From Octopus vulgaris (taxonomy: Eukaryota), in assembly GCA_951406725.2 (NCBI GenBank), contig OX597817.1:8804001-8868000 (forward strand): 64,000 nucleotides of DNA, read 5' to 3'. The position numbers and the translations under genes were made by a program. Within the stretch, counting starts at the first letter, position 1. Each line of letters opens with the position of its first letter. The notes beneath the pieces were generated by a model. The model was not told the origin of the DNA. It made no database searches and saw only the letters and a program-made list of their open reading frames with translations. Shown here one piece after another: positions 14,449 through 28,412 of this stretch.

Positions 14449-14834
14449 TGTGGAGGCGCAATGGCCTAGTGGTTAGGGCAGCGGACTCGCGGTCATAGGA
14501 TCGCGGTTTCGATTCCCAGACCGGGCGTTGTGAGTGTTTATTGAGCGAAAACACCAAAAGCTCCACGAGGCTCCGGCAGGGGATGGTGGTGATCCCTGCT
14601 GTACTCTTTCACCACAACTTTCTCTCACTCTTACTTCCTGTTTCTGTTGTACCTGTATTTCAAAGGGCCGGCTTTGTCACTATCTGTGTCACGCTGAATC
14701 TCCCCGAGAACTACGTTAAGGGTGCACGTGTCTGTGGAGTGCTCAGCCACTTACACGTTAATTTCACGAGCAGGCTGTTCCGTTGATTCGGATCAACCGG
14801 AACCCTCGTCGTCGTAACCGACGGAGTGCTTCCC
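14449..14834 (+). mobile_element. tRNA-derived SINE family C, full length with TSD
   Basis: A-box TGGCCTAGTGG, B-box GGTTTCGATTCC; 10-bp TSD AGTAAGATTA at 14439-14448 and 14835-14844. Confidence 0.93.
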
Positions 14835-16678
14835 AGTAAGATTACAGAATTAGTAGAGGAGCAAACAAAATAGTTTGAAGTATTTTAGTCACGTCTCTTT
14901 CCGACCCCTTTTAAACTTGACCAAAGTCAGCATAATAATACAGATTATATGGGAACGGCCTACATATGGTAGGAATTGTCAATGCTCTCCACGGTTTAGA
15001 TCCATGTCAACCGCGTTCGAGCAGACCAATTATTAAAGGGATTTTAGCTGTGAACTTTCCGATTTTATTTTTACTCTACATTGTGTATCCTGGGCCACAC
15101 TATCTAACTGGCCGTTCTTTTCGAAAACGATATATTTAATTAAGGGATATGTGACAGCTATTTCTAAATATGTGTAGGCTCTCCTACTGGATCGAAGTCA
15201 TTAATGCGCTGTTGTTGTTGTTGTTGTTGTTGTAAGTAAGCAATAATAGAGCTGACTTATAATCAGTAACGTTCGACTCTGACCATCTCATCTCGTCAAT
15301 CAGTAATGGTATATCTATGGCTGCATTATTTGGTGATTTACAACCTTTTCTTTTTAAATAAATATGGCAAGCTAAGCTTTAAAGATTTGACTACTATTTC
15401 TAGCACGTGGAGTGACCTCATAGAAACACCCTTGTTGGCCTGAAGCCTTGTTGAATGTTATGTAGTATTTTGTTCCTTTCCTCCACGTTTATGTACTCAA
15501 ACGCCGTCGAAATGAAGTTTAATCTTAATCCCTCTGGACAAGAAGGACCAAAATCATAATGGAGTTAGATTCGCTCCTTTGAAATCCACTGCCCCAGTGA
15601 TTATTCTGCTTTGTGTTAATTTATCGGAAAAAAAAAGACATTCTCTGATCTAATAAAATTCCTAAAGAAAATGCAAATAAATAAAGTTATTAACATGAAT
15701 GTTCCACCATAACACAGATATACATTCTACATTATATTACAAGAAGAATTAATAAAAGAATCATGTCTCTACTTGTAAACAACAATCTGTATGAGAAAAT
15801 CTGAAAAACTAACAAAGAAATTGCCCTGAAGCGTTCTCAATACTGTTTCGAATACGTAAATAAATGCTATTTCATTAGTTGTATGCATTCATTAGCACTG
15901 CGAATCTGTAGAATACTTAGATTTATTAATATAAAGAGAAATATTTTATTGATGAGAATAAATATATTAGAATCTTTTCGTGTCATTTCTATCACGACAT
16001 TTTCCATTTGTTTAGTTTATCTTAAACAACTTGGAAAAAATCTCAATCGTAGTAAATTGGTATATACTTTGGTTATTCGCCTACAGAAATTATCACATGT
16101 TAATACATAAGACACTCGTGTTTCAATTAGATTTCGGTTGTAGATATTTTTCATTTGTGTATATGTTTAGAGTTTATATAAACGTTACTGTCGACATTAT
16201 TGTGTATCACGCACTGCTCAAGGAGACGCATTATCAGCTGCTTAATAGAATAAAAACTGTACAACCGATGGATGCACAAACATCAAATCACAGATGCATA
16301 TATATATATACACTCACTCGAACACACATACACACGTATGTACACACACAATTAACTACATTGACATAGGTATATAAACATTGACGCATTTATATGTGAG
16401 CACGCAAATGAACATAGCTATTCGAAAAGCAATCACAAAAGCTGTAAAACCAATGGAGTGTAGGAGTGTGCTTGCTACTGATTGGTTATCCATCTATTAG
16501 GTCATATACAGAGACCTAATTTACACATCTCCATCAGATCCTATTTACATCAACTCTCTCCTCCACTCTGTCTTTCTCTTCTCGCTCTCTCATATATTTC
16601 GCATTCATTTACACCGACGGTATCATAGCAACACGTGCGTAATAACACTAAAGCATATAATGACAGATATCCGCAAGA

Positions 16679-16715
<37 letters not shown>

Positions 16716-16787
16716 CATAAACATATATGGATGCGTGTATGTAGCTGACAAAATGTGCGTATGCACAAATATGAATATGCATATTTA

Positions 16788-17060
<273 letters not shown>

Positions 17061-17392
17061 TCTCTATGTGTGGGTGGGTGTTAAACGATGCACACACACG
17101 CATACATATTTATATGCGTGTTTCTATAAACATTATGAATATGGATTGCATTGATCATATACTTACAGAAACACATTTAGGTCATCAATCTGATTTCCAG
17201 GAAGTGACGGATTAATAAACATAGCGCATGGTGATCAAACGACTGCAATTAAAGGAACGTTTAGAATGAGTAAAAAGGAGGTTTATGGCTAGAATGAGGC
17301 CCTAGCAAAAACCCAGTGAAATAATTGTCACAATCGCATTACATTTGAAGTAAATATACAAAATGTACAATTCCAAAAATCTATGGAATGGT

Positions 17393-17541
17393 TAGAGACT
17401 ATAGGCAAACTGCGGCCCGCGGGACTTTCTGAATGGCACGCAAACGAAAAATTACCTAGAATATTTTTTGTAGTGTGACCTGTTTGAAAACGAGCCATGT
17501 CTTGTGCGGCCCGCTTTTCGAAAAAGGTTACCCATGTTTTG
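17393..17541. mobile_element. hAT (Charlie-like) MITE remnant
   Basis: GGCAAACTGCGGCCCGCGGG at the left end and GCGGCCCGC..AAAAAGGTTACCCATG at the right end, typical hAT terminal motifs. Confidence 0.55.
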
Positions 17542-18143
17542 GTGATATCCTATTGTGGAGATCATATGTCACAAAAGGATCTGATCATTTCATTGTGGAA
17601 GTGAAGTGAAAATAGGTATATAGTTGCCCCTGGCAATGAAATATTGGGTGTAGACTCTACATATACCAGACTGGATCTTAAATCCACATAGATGGAAGTT
17701 CCTAAACTGGAGTAAATTTACCACCAGCGGGTAAATTTCAACTACTCAACGGATGAAGTAACTAATTATGGATTCGTACCTTTTTTTTAAATTATAATTA
17801 TGAAAAAAATTTAATTGAGAAGAAATTTCGAAATAGACTTTTCTTTTGAAAAATATTAATAAGTGTTTTTCTTTTTACCACTTTTCATGTATATATATCA
17901 TGTGTTATTAATAGAGCAGTCGAATTCAGAAGATTCGGGTTGTTGTATCAGATTGTCATTGGATCAGATTGTTATTTGAAATTACAGTAATAATGTTTAA
18001 AAATTGTGTTGTAAATTTCCTCTTTGTCGGTTGTTTAATTATGGTTGAAGTTTTAACTCAGATTACTAGACACAACAGAGCGGAGGTAAAATTACATTCA
18101 AAATATTGCCAGGTGGTAAGTGGAAAAATTAAGGCATGTATCC

Positions 18144-18175
<32 letters not shown>

Positions 18176-18331
18176 ACAGAATGAATAGTATCGGCTAAAA
18201 TACTGTATGATTTATTCGGGTCTCTTTACATCTCGAGCTCCAATCATATCTTAGTTACCCTTCTGTAATCCGTAAAATAAATCACTGCTCAGGAATTGAG
18301 GTCGGAATAATATTCCGACAAACGTGTTACA

Positions 18332-18386
<55 letters not shown>

Positions 18387-18522
18387 GGTTTGATCTGGCT
18401 GGGGGCTAGACATTTGGCCAAGGTGCTTGGCAGTGGAACTGAACCCGGAAACATGTGACTGGGAAGTCAACTTGCTACTACACACCCCACACCTGCGTCT
18501 ATCTATCTCTCTCTCTCTCTCT

Positions 18523-18800
<278 letters not shown>

Positions 18801-19450
18801 TGTGTATATTTATACAGCAAAAGAGCACAAATGCCCTATCAATACTCATATCAAACAAACAATCTTACACCTCACCCTCATTAGTCATGAAGAAATCGCT
18901 GTTAGAACACTCAACGTCAGTACAAATGCTACGCCTTGCAATCACTGATGATCTTTTCTAGCGACTTGGCATAGCTAACATAGCTAAGAGTGGATCCCAA
19001 AGACTTACCTTCCTCTTGAGGAACTGAAGATATTTCAGCTCTTATCAGTTGTTCTTCCTCTAACTGTATTCTACTCTCCACCCACGCCCATCCAACATAT
19101 CCGGCTCTTCTTTAATCAATCCATGGCCTCTAATGAATAACTTTCTCCCTATCCTTCCTCCAGAGAGCGACCTCCCTCTAAAATTCTTTCCTAGCGTTAT
19201 TTCTCGCACAGGCGTCGATTTTCTGGCGTTTAAGCTGTAAATCAACTGTATCGATTTCCTCGGTTTTAGTAGGTGTATGAGTGTCGTGTGGATGAATTCG
19301 AATATGTGTGTGTGTATGCGTATGTACGTGTACATGTGGTGCCTATGTGTATGTCTATGCATATCCTACGTACAACTCCCCCGCTGTGCCACTCCCTCTC
19401 TTGATACACACAGACACAAACAAACAAACACACAAGCACACACAAGCATA

Positions 19451-19486
<36 letters not shown>

Positions 19487-19487
<1 letters not shown>

Positions 19488-19986
19488 GCATGGGAGTGGC
19501 TGTGTGGTAAGTAGCTTGCTTACCAACCACATCGTTCCGGGTTCAGTCCCACTGCGTGGCACCTTGGTCAAGTGTCTTCTACTATAGCCTCGATCCGATC
19601 AAAGCTTTGTGAGTGGAATTGGTAGACGGAAACTGAAAGAAGCCCGCTATATATATGTATGCATGTATGTATTTATATATGTATGTATGTATGTATGTAT
19701 ATATGTATGTATGTATGTATTTATGTATGTATGTATGTATGTATGTATGTATGTATGTATGTATGTATGTATATGTGTGTATATGTTTGTGTGTCTGTGT
19801 TTGTCCTCCCAACATCGCTTGACAACTGATGATGGTGCGTTTACGTCCCGGTAACTTTGCGGTTCGGCAAAAGAGACCGATAGAATAAGTACTAGGCTTA
19901 CAAAGAATAAGTCCTGGGATCGATTTGCTCGACTAAAGGCGGTGCTCCACCTTGGCCACAGTCAAATGACTGAAACAAGTAAAAGC
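19487..19986 (+). mobile_element. SINE family A, full length with (TATG)n internal tract
   Basis: Head, internal repeat and tail all present. Confidence 0.93.
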
Positions 19987-20030
<44 letters not shown>

Positions 20031-20032
<2 letters not shown>

Positions 20033-20396
20033 TCTTTTACTCTTTTACTTGTTTCAGTCACTTGACTGCGACCATGCTGGAGCACCGCCTTTAATTGAGC
20101 AGCTCGACCCCGGGACTTATTCTTTGTAAACCCAGTACTTATTCTATCGGTCTCTTTTGCCGAACCGCTAAATGACGGGGACATAAACACACCAGCATCG
20201 GTTGTCAAGCAATGCTAGGAGGACAAACACAGACACAGAAACACACACGCGCACACACACACACATATACATATATACGACGAGCTTCTTTCAGTTTCCA
20301 TCTACCAATTCCACTCACAAGGCTTTGGTCGGCCCGGGGCTATAGCAGAAGACACTTGCGCAAGGTGCCACGCAGTGGGACTGAACCCGGAACCAT
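20031..20396 (-). mobile_element. SINE family A, 5'-truncated, tail-to-tail with the previous copy
   Basis: Reverse complement match; separated from 19487-19986 by (TA)n. Confidence 0.93.
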
Positions 20397-20705
20397 ATAT
20401 ATAAATTAAGATGAAAATGGGAAAAATTTTTGATGAACAAACAAATTAACTACCATCGGTAATTACTTTTTTTAATAACAACCGACGGTAATCAATTTGT
20501 TGATCAAAATTTTTCTCCATTTTCTGCTTAATTTAAATTTGATTCCTGATAAACTCTATTTCATTCTGTTGTTGCCTGTATCCACTGAGCAGAGTTTGCT
20601 TGCATATCCATGCCCAGGGTTAACATAGGTAATTTATACCAATAGTAATAACGGATATTCTTATCCCTTTAGACGGATATTCCAACGGCTAACGTTATTT
20701 ACCTT

Positions 20706-20752
<47 letters not shown>

Positions 20753-20934
20753 ATAATACTTTTACAAGAAGAGGGTTGACAGTGACTTCGAAGTCACTGT
20801 AGTCCTTCTTGTGCGCTACATGAAGATTGAGTAATTCTCCAGTTTAATATTAAATTGTATTTCTTTTATTTAATTCGACACAAAACCAGAGATTAATACA
20901 TACAAACACACATAACAATATACCTAAATACACG

Positions 20935-20974
<40 letters not shown>

Positions 20975-20998
20975 GCACGCTTGCACACACACACACAC

Positions 20999-21049
<51 letters not shown>

Positions 21050-21112
21050 CATACATGTATGTATATATGAGTATATATATATATATACATATATATGTAT
21101 GTATGTATGTAC

Positions 21113-21156
<44 letters not shown>

Positions 21157-21209
21157 ATATATATATGTACATATATATATATATATATACACATATATAC
21201 ATACATGTA

Positions 21210-21744
21210 TGTATGTATATACTTTTCCCCAGGTTTTGTTAAGGCACTCATTCACACAGACACCACACGCCACCTGTATTTTTATTTACAAACTATTATT
21301 TATAAATTTATGTGCTTCGAGATCCACTATCCCCAAAAGGAATTATTTCACGTTCTCTCGAAATTTTATAATTTCTTTTGATATTTTAGTTATTGTTTAG
21401 TTTGATTTTATATTTTAAGTTGCTTCTTCTGAAGAATAGCATTGTTAGTTGCCCATTACAAGGAGACAATCACTGGTTCACTGGTTTTACGAGGATATGA
21501 GTAACAAGGGAGCGTTTATGCGACTCGGGTGGAGCAAATACCACAAAGTATTTGTTTGAAAAATATACCAGTTTACGATTTTATCTAAGATATACTCCAT
21601 AAAATCTTTATTGGTGATATCAGTATTGATATTTTTCACCGATGTATGTACGTTGACATACACTAATGCGACGAATTTCCGCATAGATATTGCCTACCGC
21701 ATTGCACTTACAAAATATTGGTCAGTCAGAGACTAAAGAAGATG
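21210..21744 (+). repeat. ~530-bp local duplication, copy 1
   Basis: Highly similar to 22715-23544 once the Helitron insert is removed. Confidence 0.93.
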
Positions 21745-22435
21745 AACTATGATCAAAAGCGTGCTAGGCATGACCATTCCGTCTTTTTTTTTACGTTTAT
21801 TTTTATCAAATCCAGATGCAGTGTGTCTAAGTTTTCCTTTCATTAAGATGTTACGAAGTATGTACTTAGGGGTAATGTTAATAGGTGGACATACACGTCT
21901 GGTATAAAACGGCATTACGTAAATAAATATTTGGTTGCCGTTATCTAAAAACAATCTAAAATAATCTATCGTATATTAACACAGAATGCACTCCGTACCA
22001 CTCGAACGTCGGTATGACACACAATATTCACTGTTCAACTCCCGACTGGTAAACCAACACACGTCCAACCAACAATGTCAACAACAATGATAGTTCACTC
22101 AGTTCTTATCTATTGTAATCGGTTTGTCCATGTGCAGTCACATGAGGGTTTTCAGGATTCTCCCATAACAGGTAACTTAGCTGCTATTTCTAGAGTTCCT
22201 GGCGGAAAACACTGAATTCTGTTTGGTTGATTTCTCATTGGTTATCTTCAACAGTTCTTATTTTCCATTCTCTCTCTCTCTCTCTCCAATATATATGCCT
22301 TTGATCGATGCTTTTGTTGCTGTTTAGCCCCCAGGTGGTCAGCCCTGTTCCGGCAGATGTATTATGAAAAGGAATCCAACCGTGGCCATCCGTTTTGGTT
22401 TCTTTTTCTTTTTTTTCAGACATAATGGATTTATC

Positions 22436-22710
22436 AAGTAAGTCATTATTCTTGTAAGTCATTATTCTTGTCCCCATGTTAGTAAGTCATTATTCTTGTC
22501 CCCATGTAAGTAAGTCATTATTCTTGTAAGTCATTATTCTTGTAAGTAAGTCATTATTCTTGTCCCCATGTAAGTAAGTCGTTATTCTTGTAAGTAAGTC
22601 ATTATTCTTGTCTCCATGTAAGTAAGTCGTTATTCTTGTAAGTAAGTCATTATTCTTGTCCCCATGTAAGTAAGTCGTTATTCTTGTAAGTAAGTCATTA
22701 TTCTTGTCCC
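22436..22710. repeat. Minisatellite of AGTAAGTC(A/G)TTATTCTTGT(CCCCATGT) units
   Basis: About 11 copies of a ~20-nt core alternating with longer variants (~50-nt higher-order unit). Confidence 0.92.
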
Positions 22711-22714
22711 ATAT

Positions 22715-23544
22715 ATGTATATACTTTTCTCCAAGTTTTGTTAACACACTCACTCACACAGACACCACACGCCACCTGTATTTTTATTTACAAACTATTA
22801 TTTATAAATATATGTGCTTCGGGATCCACTATCCCCAAAACGAATTATTTCACGTTCTCTCGATATTTTATAATTTCTTTTGATATTTTAGTTATTGTTT
22901 AATTTGATTTTATATTTTAAGTTGCTTCTTCTGAAGAATAACATTGTTAGTTGCCCATTACAAGGAGACAATCACTGGTTCACTGGTTTTACGAGGATAT
23001 GAGTAATAAGGGAGCGTTTATACGACTCGGGTGGAGCAAATACCACAATGTATTTGTTTGAAAAATATACCAGTTTACGGTTTTATCTAAGATATCTTTA
23101 TATATAAAAATGAAGTTGTGTGTCTGTCTCCTACGATTTAGATTCCTAACTACTCCCACATTTTGCGGTGCAGTGTAACCAAAACCGGGTATCTTATAGT
23201 CGTGATTCATATCGAGCCCTTCTGGGTATTAGCGCGCGTCTACGATGAGTCTACGATTTAAAAAAAAATTTACCATCATTTTTCCCATTTTTAATGCATA
23301 TTTTTTGCTGTTATGTAAAGGAAGTAACTCTCTAAAATTGCTTATATAGTTATTTCCCTTACAAACCCGAGCAACGCCGGGCGATACTGCTAGTACTCCA
23401 TAAAATCTTTATTGGTGATACCAATATTGATATTTTTCACCGATGTATGTATTAGACATACACAAATGCGACGAATTTCCGCATAGATATTGCCTACCGC
23501 ATTGCACTTACAAAATATTGGTCAGTCCGAGACTAAAGAAGATG
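22715..23544 (+). repeat. ~530-bp local duplication, copy 2 (Helitron-interrupted)
   Basis: Colinear with 21210-21744. Confidence 0.93.
23095..23393 (+). mobile_element. Non-autonomous Helitron (299 bp)
   Basis: 5' TC, 3' hairpin CCCGAGCAACGCCGGG and CTAG, inserted between A and T with no TSD; the empty site GATA|TACTCC is at 21592/21593. Confidence 0.95.
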
Positions 23545-23789
23545 TCCCCATGTATGTATGAATGTATATACTTTTCCAGAGCATCCCTCCTTTTTTTTTA
23601 TATGGAAAGCTATATTGTCCAATGCGTCCTTTAATTTCTTTAAGACAGCAGCAGAGAATGATTGCTGGAATGGAGATTTTGTAGCTATTTCTCCTAAGTG
23701 GAAGACCACCATGCAGAACACTTCCAGTTTGGCTTCTGCGTTCCATTGACACGTTCACTGTGTCAATGTCCTGAGTTGTGTTTCAGAAA

Positions 23790-24060
23790 CCGTTGTTTTG
23801 CATAAACATTTCTACTCTAACACAATGCCTCGCTGGAGGTTAATACGCAGTTTCAATGTCGGACAACGAATAATAATGTGAGTCATACTTTCAACATTCA
23901 TTCCACATAGCCTACATCGATTATTACACCTGGCTTCTATTGTCTGCAAGTTTGTAGCTATTTCCACTTCTTTTGTCGTATTAATATGCATTTCTAAACG
24001 AGAATACATCGGTGATTGTTACAGGATCTACACCTCTGCTTATCTGTGATAGCTTTGCTT
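23790..24060 (-). mobile_element. RLE-clade (R4/Dong/NeSL-like) LINE fragment with CCHC zinc knuckle
   Basis: EIAT...RCRLCGMNVESMTHIIIRCPTL (C-x2-C-x8-H-x4-C). Confidence 0.6.
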
Positions 24061-24280
24061 TCAAGGCTTCGTTTAACGTGCTGAAATTTCGGGTGATATG
24101 TGTATGTGTAAATTTATCATTTAACAATCCTAATTGTAACACACAGGCACACTTACAAGCGCGCGCACGCACACACATACACTCATCCATCTGAGTGTCT
24201 GTGTGTGAGTGCGTAAATATGTATTATATATATATATATATCTTTCTCACTTTCTCTCTCGCTTCATAAACACACACTGT

Positions 24281-24339
<59 letters not shown>

Positions 24340-24659
24340 CATATATATATATTCCACAAATGAGATCCAGAGATTCTCAGTATAGAAGACACTTTGTAGT
24401 GCTCAAAAGAATCCAAATTTGGACTCCGATGTCTTTACAAGGGATCGATTCCACAAGGTAAGAAAAGGTAAAAAATAGTTGAGCGGGTATGGAGGCAATT
24501 ATGTGGATACATTAAATATATTAAATATACTAAATATTTTAAATATAATAGTTTGGGTATGAAATACCAAATATGTATATATGTATATATGCAAAACGAG
24601 AGAAAGCAAAAGGTGCAGACTTGTTTAACCACATAATTGCCTTTGTATATATTCTCATA

Positions 24660-25800
24660 TTCTTTTATTCTTTTACATGTTTTAGCCCTAAGGCAGTAGC
24701 CATGCTGGGGCACCGCCAGTGTAATCACCCATTTAATGACCAATTCTATGTGACTGGCATTTGGTGAAAGAGGGAGATCGAAACTGCTGCCTGCTTTTGA
24801 GTTTCCTGCCTTGATAGTGTTCATCTGAGACCTTGGATAGCAAGAGGTCAAGTTGTTTCTTAAAAGAAACAACTTCTTAAAAGGCGGCGAGCTGGCAGAA
24901 ACGTTAGCACGCCGGGCGAAATGCTTAGCGGTATTTTGTCTGCGGTTACGTTCTGAGTTCAAATTCCGCCGAGGTCGACTTTACCTTTCATCCTTTCGGG
25001 ATCGATTAAATAAGTACCTGTTACGCACTGGGGTCGATGCAATCGACTGAATCCGTTTGTCTTTCCTTGCTTGTCCCCTGTGTTTAGCCCCTTGTGGGTA
25101 GTAAAGAAATAGGTATTTCGTCTGCTGCTACGTTCTGAGTTCAAATTCTGCCGAGGTCGACTTTGTTTTCATCCTTTCGGGGTCGATGAATTAAGTACCA
25201 GTTACGCACTGGGGTCGATATAATCGACTTAATCCGTTTGTCTGTCCTTGTTTGTCCCCTTTGTGTGTAGCCAATTGTGGGCAGTAAAGACATAAGTTGT
25301 TTCTTTTAAACATCTATCCCCCCACTCCATGTAGATCCCTCAGATGTTTTGGCAAGGCGTTAAATAACTGCGGGCCCTTGAATCCCAAGCTATTGTAGTA
25401 TATGTTCCTCACACTAGATAGCTGGGTTCTTTGGAAAGTGCAGTGACGTCCATTTTGGAGGCTAGTATAGATCTCGATTCTAAAGTTTGGTGCCATCCCC
25501 TCCAAGATTTTCCATACATTTACCACTGCATAGCTTTCCAGTCTTTGCTTCAGGGAGTTGAATCGTAACTCTTTCAGTCTCTCCCAGTAGCTCAGATGTT
25601 CACTGATGCAATCTTCCTGGTGTAACATCGCTGAACTGTCTCAAGTTCCGCTATTAATCTGGCTCTGTTAAAGTGACCACAGTTGAGAGCAGTAGTCCAG
25701 ACGGCTGAAGACAAATGTTCTTCATAAAACTAGCATACTTTTCTAGTCCTTTGTTCTCAAAATCCATCCTGACATTCGCCTCACGCTACCACCATCTTGG
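24660..25800 (-). mobile_element. CR1/L2-type LINE 3' fragment (same family as 7950-8760), interrupted by a SINE B dimer
   Basis: SYWERLKELRFNSL..WKILEGMAPN..NSLGFKGPQLFNALPKHLRDLHGV; tail at 24660-24717. Confidence 0.88.
24883..25293 (+). mobile_element. SINE family B head-to-tail dimer
   Basis: Full monomer 24883-25113 plus a 5'-truncated second monomer; direct repeat AAGTTGTTTCTT at 24850-24861 and 25294-25305. Confidence 0.92.
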
Positions 25801-25836
25801 TGATAGATAGATAGATAGATAGACAGACAGACATAC

Positions 25837-25931
<95 letters not shown>

Positions 25932-25991
25932 CTTATACGCGTGTGCATATGTAAATATATAGATACATACATATATACACATATATATAGA

Positions 25992-26710
25992 TAGGTTTCG
26001 GCCAGGCCGTGTATGACTTAATAGCACCACCTGATGAAGTCTTTTAGATCGTGATTCAAACCTCAGTCATATATGGGACACCATGGTCCACTCTAGCAAA
26101 GAGTTATTATTGTTGGAGACATATCCGGGGTAGGAGGTAGGTCCAGGATTTTTGGAGAAATTTGTCCAGAGAACTTTTGAATTTAATGGGATCTCTTTGT
26201 GTTTTGATGCATTTTGGTATAACATTAAAGAGAGCTGTACCGGTTGAGATAAGTAGTTGTGTGGTAATGTTGTTATGAGTCTTGAGTTCGATTTTTGTTG
26301 TGGGTAGATAACACGCGGGCTAAGTCTTGGGTGGATTTTAAAATTGATTCCAGCATCATTACTACAATATTGATAGAATATTTTCCACATCACACAAATG
26401 ATGTGGCGCTTGCGGCGGCACTGAAGAGAGTAGAGACTGAATTTTTTTAGTCGACCTCAGTAGTTAATACCTGTCATGCCGTCTATCTTTCTTGTTATTG
26501 ACCTCTGGAGTGCTTTCACTTTCATAAAGTTTTGCTTCGTGTGGGGACATCACACTGGGCAACAGTAATCAAGGTGGGTCAGGCAAAAGTAGAGTAGAGA
26601 AGGATGATGGTGTAAGCGTCTCTAGACCAGAAAGTTTACAAAATCCAGGAGCACATCTTGCGGACTAAATCAACCTTGCTGTTTACGTAGAAATTCCAGC
26701 TTAGATTGTT
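25992..26710 (-). mobile_element. CR1/L2-type LINE 3' fragment (second family)
   Basis: LYSLQCRRKRHIICVMWKIFYQ..INFKIHPRL; NNNSLLEW near the ORF end. Confidence 0.8.
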
Positions 26711-27140
26711 ATCAACAATTACTCCAAGGTCTCTGATGTTGTTGGATGACACTAGGGAAAGAAGGCCACAAATGACCTGTCTTTTTTTCCTTGCCTTCTA
26801 ATTTTTGTTTTTCCTTTACACTTTTGTATCGTCTATCTGTCCAAATGTTTTGTCCTCTATTGCGTTTTTGTTCCATTATATATATATTTATATATATATA
26901 TCCCATTTAAAATTAGTGTACATTTAAGCACAAAAGAGACGACCCTTAACAGGCAACTTTACATGCTAGAAGTAGCAGTCATAACAACCAAAACCACATT
27001 TAAGATTAATTTCGAAGGGAATGAAAAAAAAATCTTGTACCTTTTTTTTCTACAGCCATACCAACGTTTCGAACTCTAATTAGCAAATAAAATAATTTGC
27101 TAGACGAAGTTCTCATCAGTGGGTACGCCATATATATATG

Positions 27141-27220
<80 letters not shown>

Positions 27221-27242
27221 ATGTTATATATAAGATATATAA

Positions 27243-27404
27243 GGGAATCCATCTCTTCGGTTATCTGGCTATTTTCAAATAGCCAGATAACCGAAGAGAT
27301 ATTTCATTCGGCATAAACTATTTTATCTTGACTACCGAGTAATGTAACATATTGTATATAAATTTCCTCTATTTACATAATATTGAGGTATCTTACCGTT
27401 TTAT

Positions 27405-27410
<6 letters not shown>
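27243..27410. mobile_element. Short PLE-like element with a perfect 24-bp palindrome (same family as 44439-44680)
   Basis: Arms 27251-27274 and 27277-27300; shares TTCCTCTATTTACAT.ATAT.GAGGTATCTT and the TTTATCAATATA end with 44615-44680. Confidence 0.7.
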
Positions 27411-27459
<49 letters not shown>

Positions 27460-27464
27460 CATAT

Positions 27465-27536
<72 letters not shown>

Positions 27537-28084
27537 CAATGGTCTTGCTGACTTATCTACCTGTAACTGGCTGCCTCCCACTCCCTTCTGATAACAATAA
27601 TCTTGAGTCGTGCGCATACATGCAGACAGTAACAAAAAATATGTGTGGCTACACGCGCAGATAAAGGAATATGTTCGCCGAGTCCCAGTGTTACAAATCT
27701 ATTCAACCGATGGTGAGTTATACCTACTCGAAGAGAAAGGTCATTCTGGAGTAATTAAGTGTGCAGTCACCTGCTTGGTGGTTTACACGTGAATCCTATT
27801 CCCTTATTTGGATCGCTGTTATTTTTCGATCTCAAATTATTTGAAAAGAGGTATTGTTAGATGTAAATTGAAGCCTGGGTCTCTTTTTGCATGAGGCAAA
27901 ATGTTCATGTACAGATAGATTAGATAGGTAGATAGACAGATACATACACACATATAATCATATAGTCATATGTTTATATATATGTTTATATATATGTCTA
28001 TATATGTGTGTTTATATATATATATGCATGTATAAATATATATTATGCTTGTATTAATGTATGTGTATATATATATATGTGTGT

Positions 28085-28275
28085 GTACCGTTGGCGATTT
28101 TTTCCCTCTGTCTTCCCTTCTCTGGATCGTTCCTTCTCCTATGTTTCCGACGAAGAGCTCCGCTCGAAACGTTAAACCCTCCTTCTTCCCTTTTTTCCTG
28201 AGCGTCCAATAATACTATATTTGTTCCACGTCCTCGCGTTGTTGTGTTTTTTTGTGCTTTCTTGTTTGGATTAAC
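28085..28275 (+). mobile_element. Hammerhead-bearing short element, family E
   Basis: GTTT-CCGACGA-A-GAGC tcc GCTC-GAAAC-GTT-AAAC at 28143-28177; ends GGATTAAC; three further copies in the window. Confidence 0.8.
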
Positions 28276-28343
28276 TTTATATGTATGCATACATATATAT
28301 TATGCTTGTATTAATGTATGTGTATATATATATACATACATAC

Positions 28344-28412
<69 letters not shown>

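Noticed and set aside
14455-14525. Possible tRNA gene
   Set aside because: A and B boxes are present, but the acceptor stem does not close and the sequence continues into a SINE body with a TSD.
22436-22710. CRISPR-like repeat array
   Set aside because: No unique spacers, no cas genes, and a eukaryotic context; it is a minisatellite.
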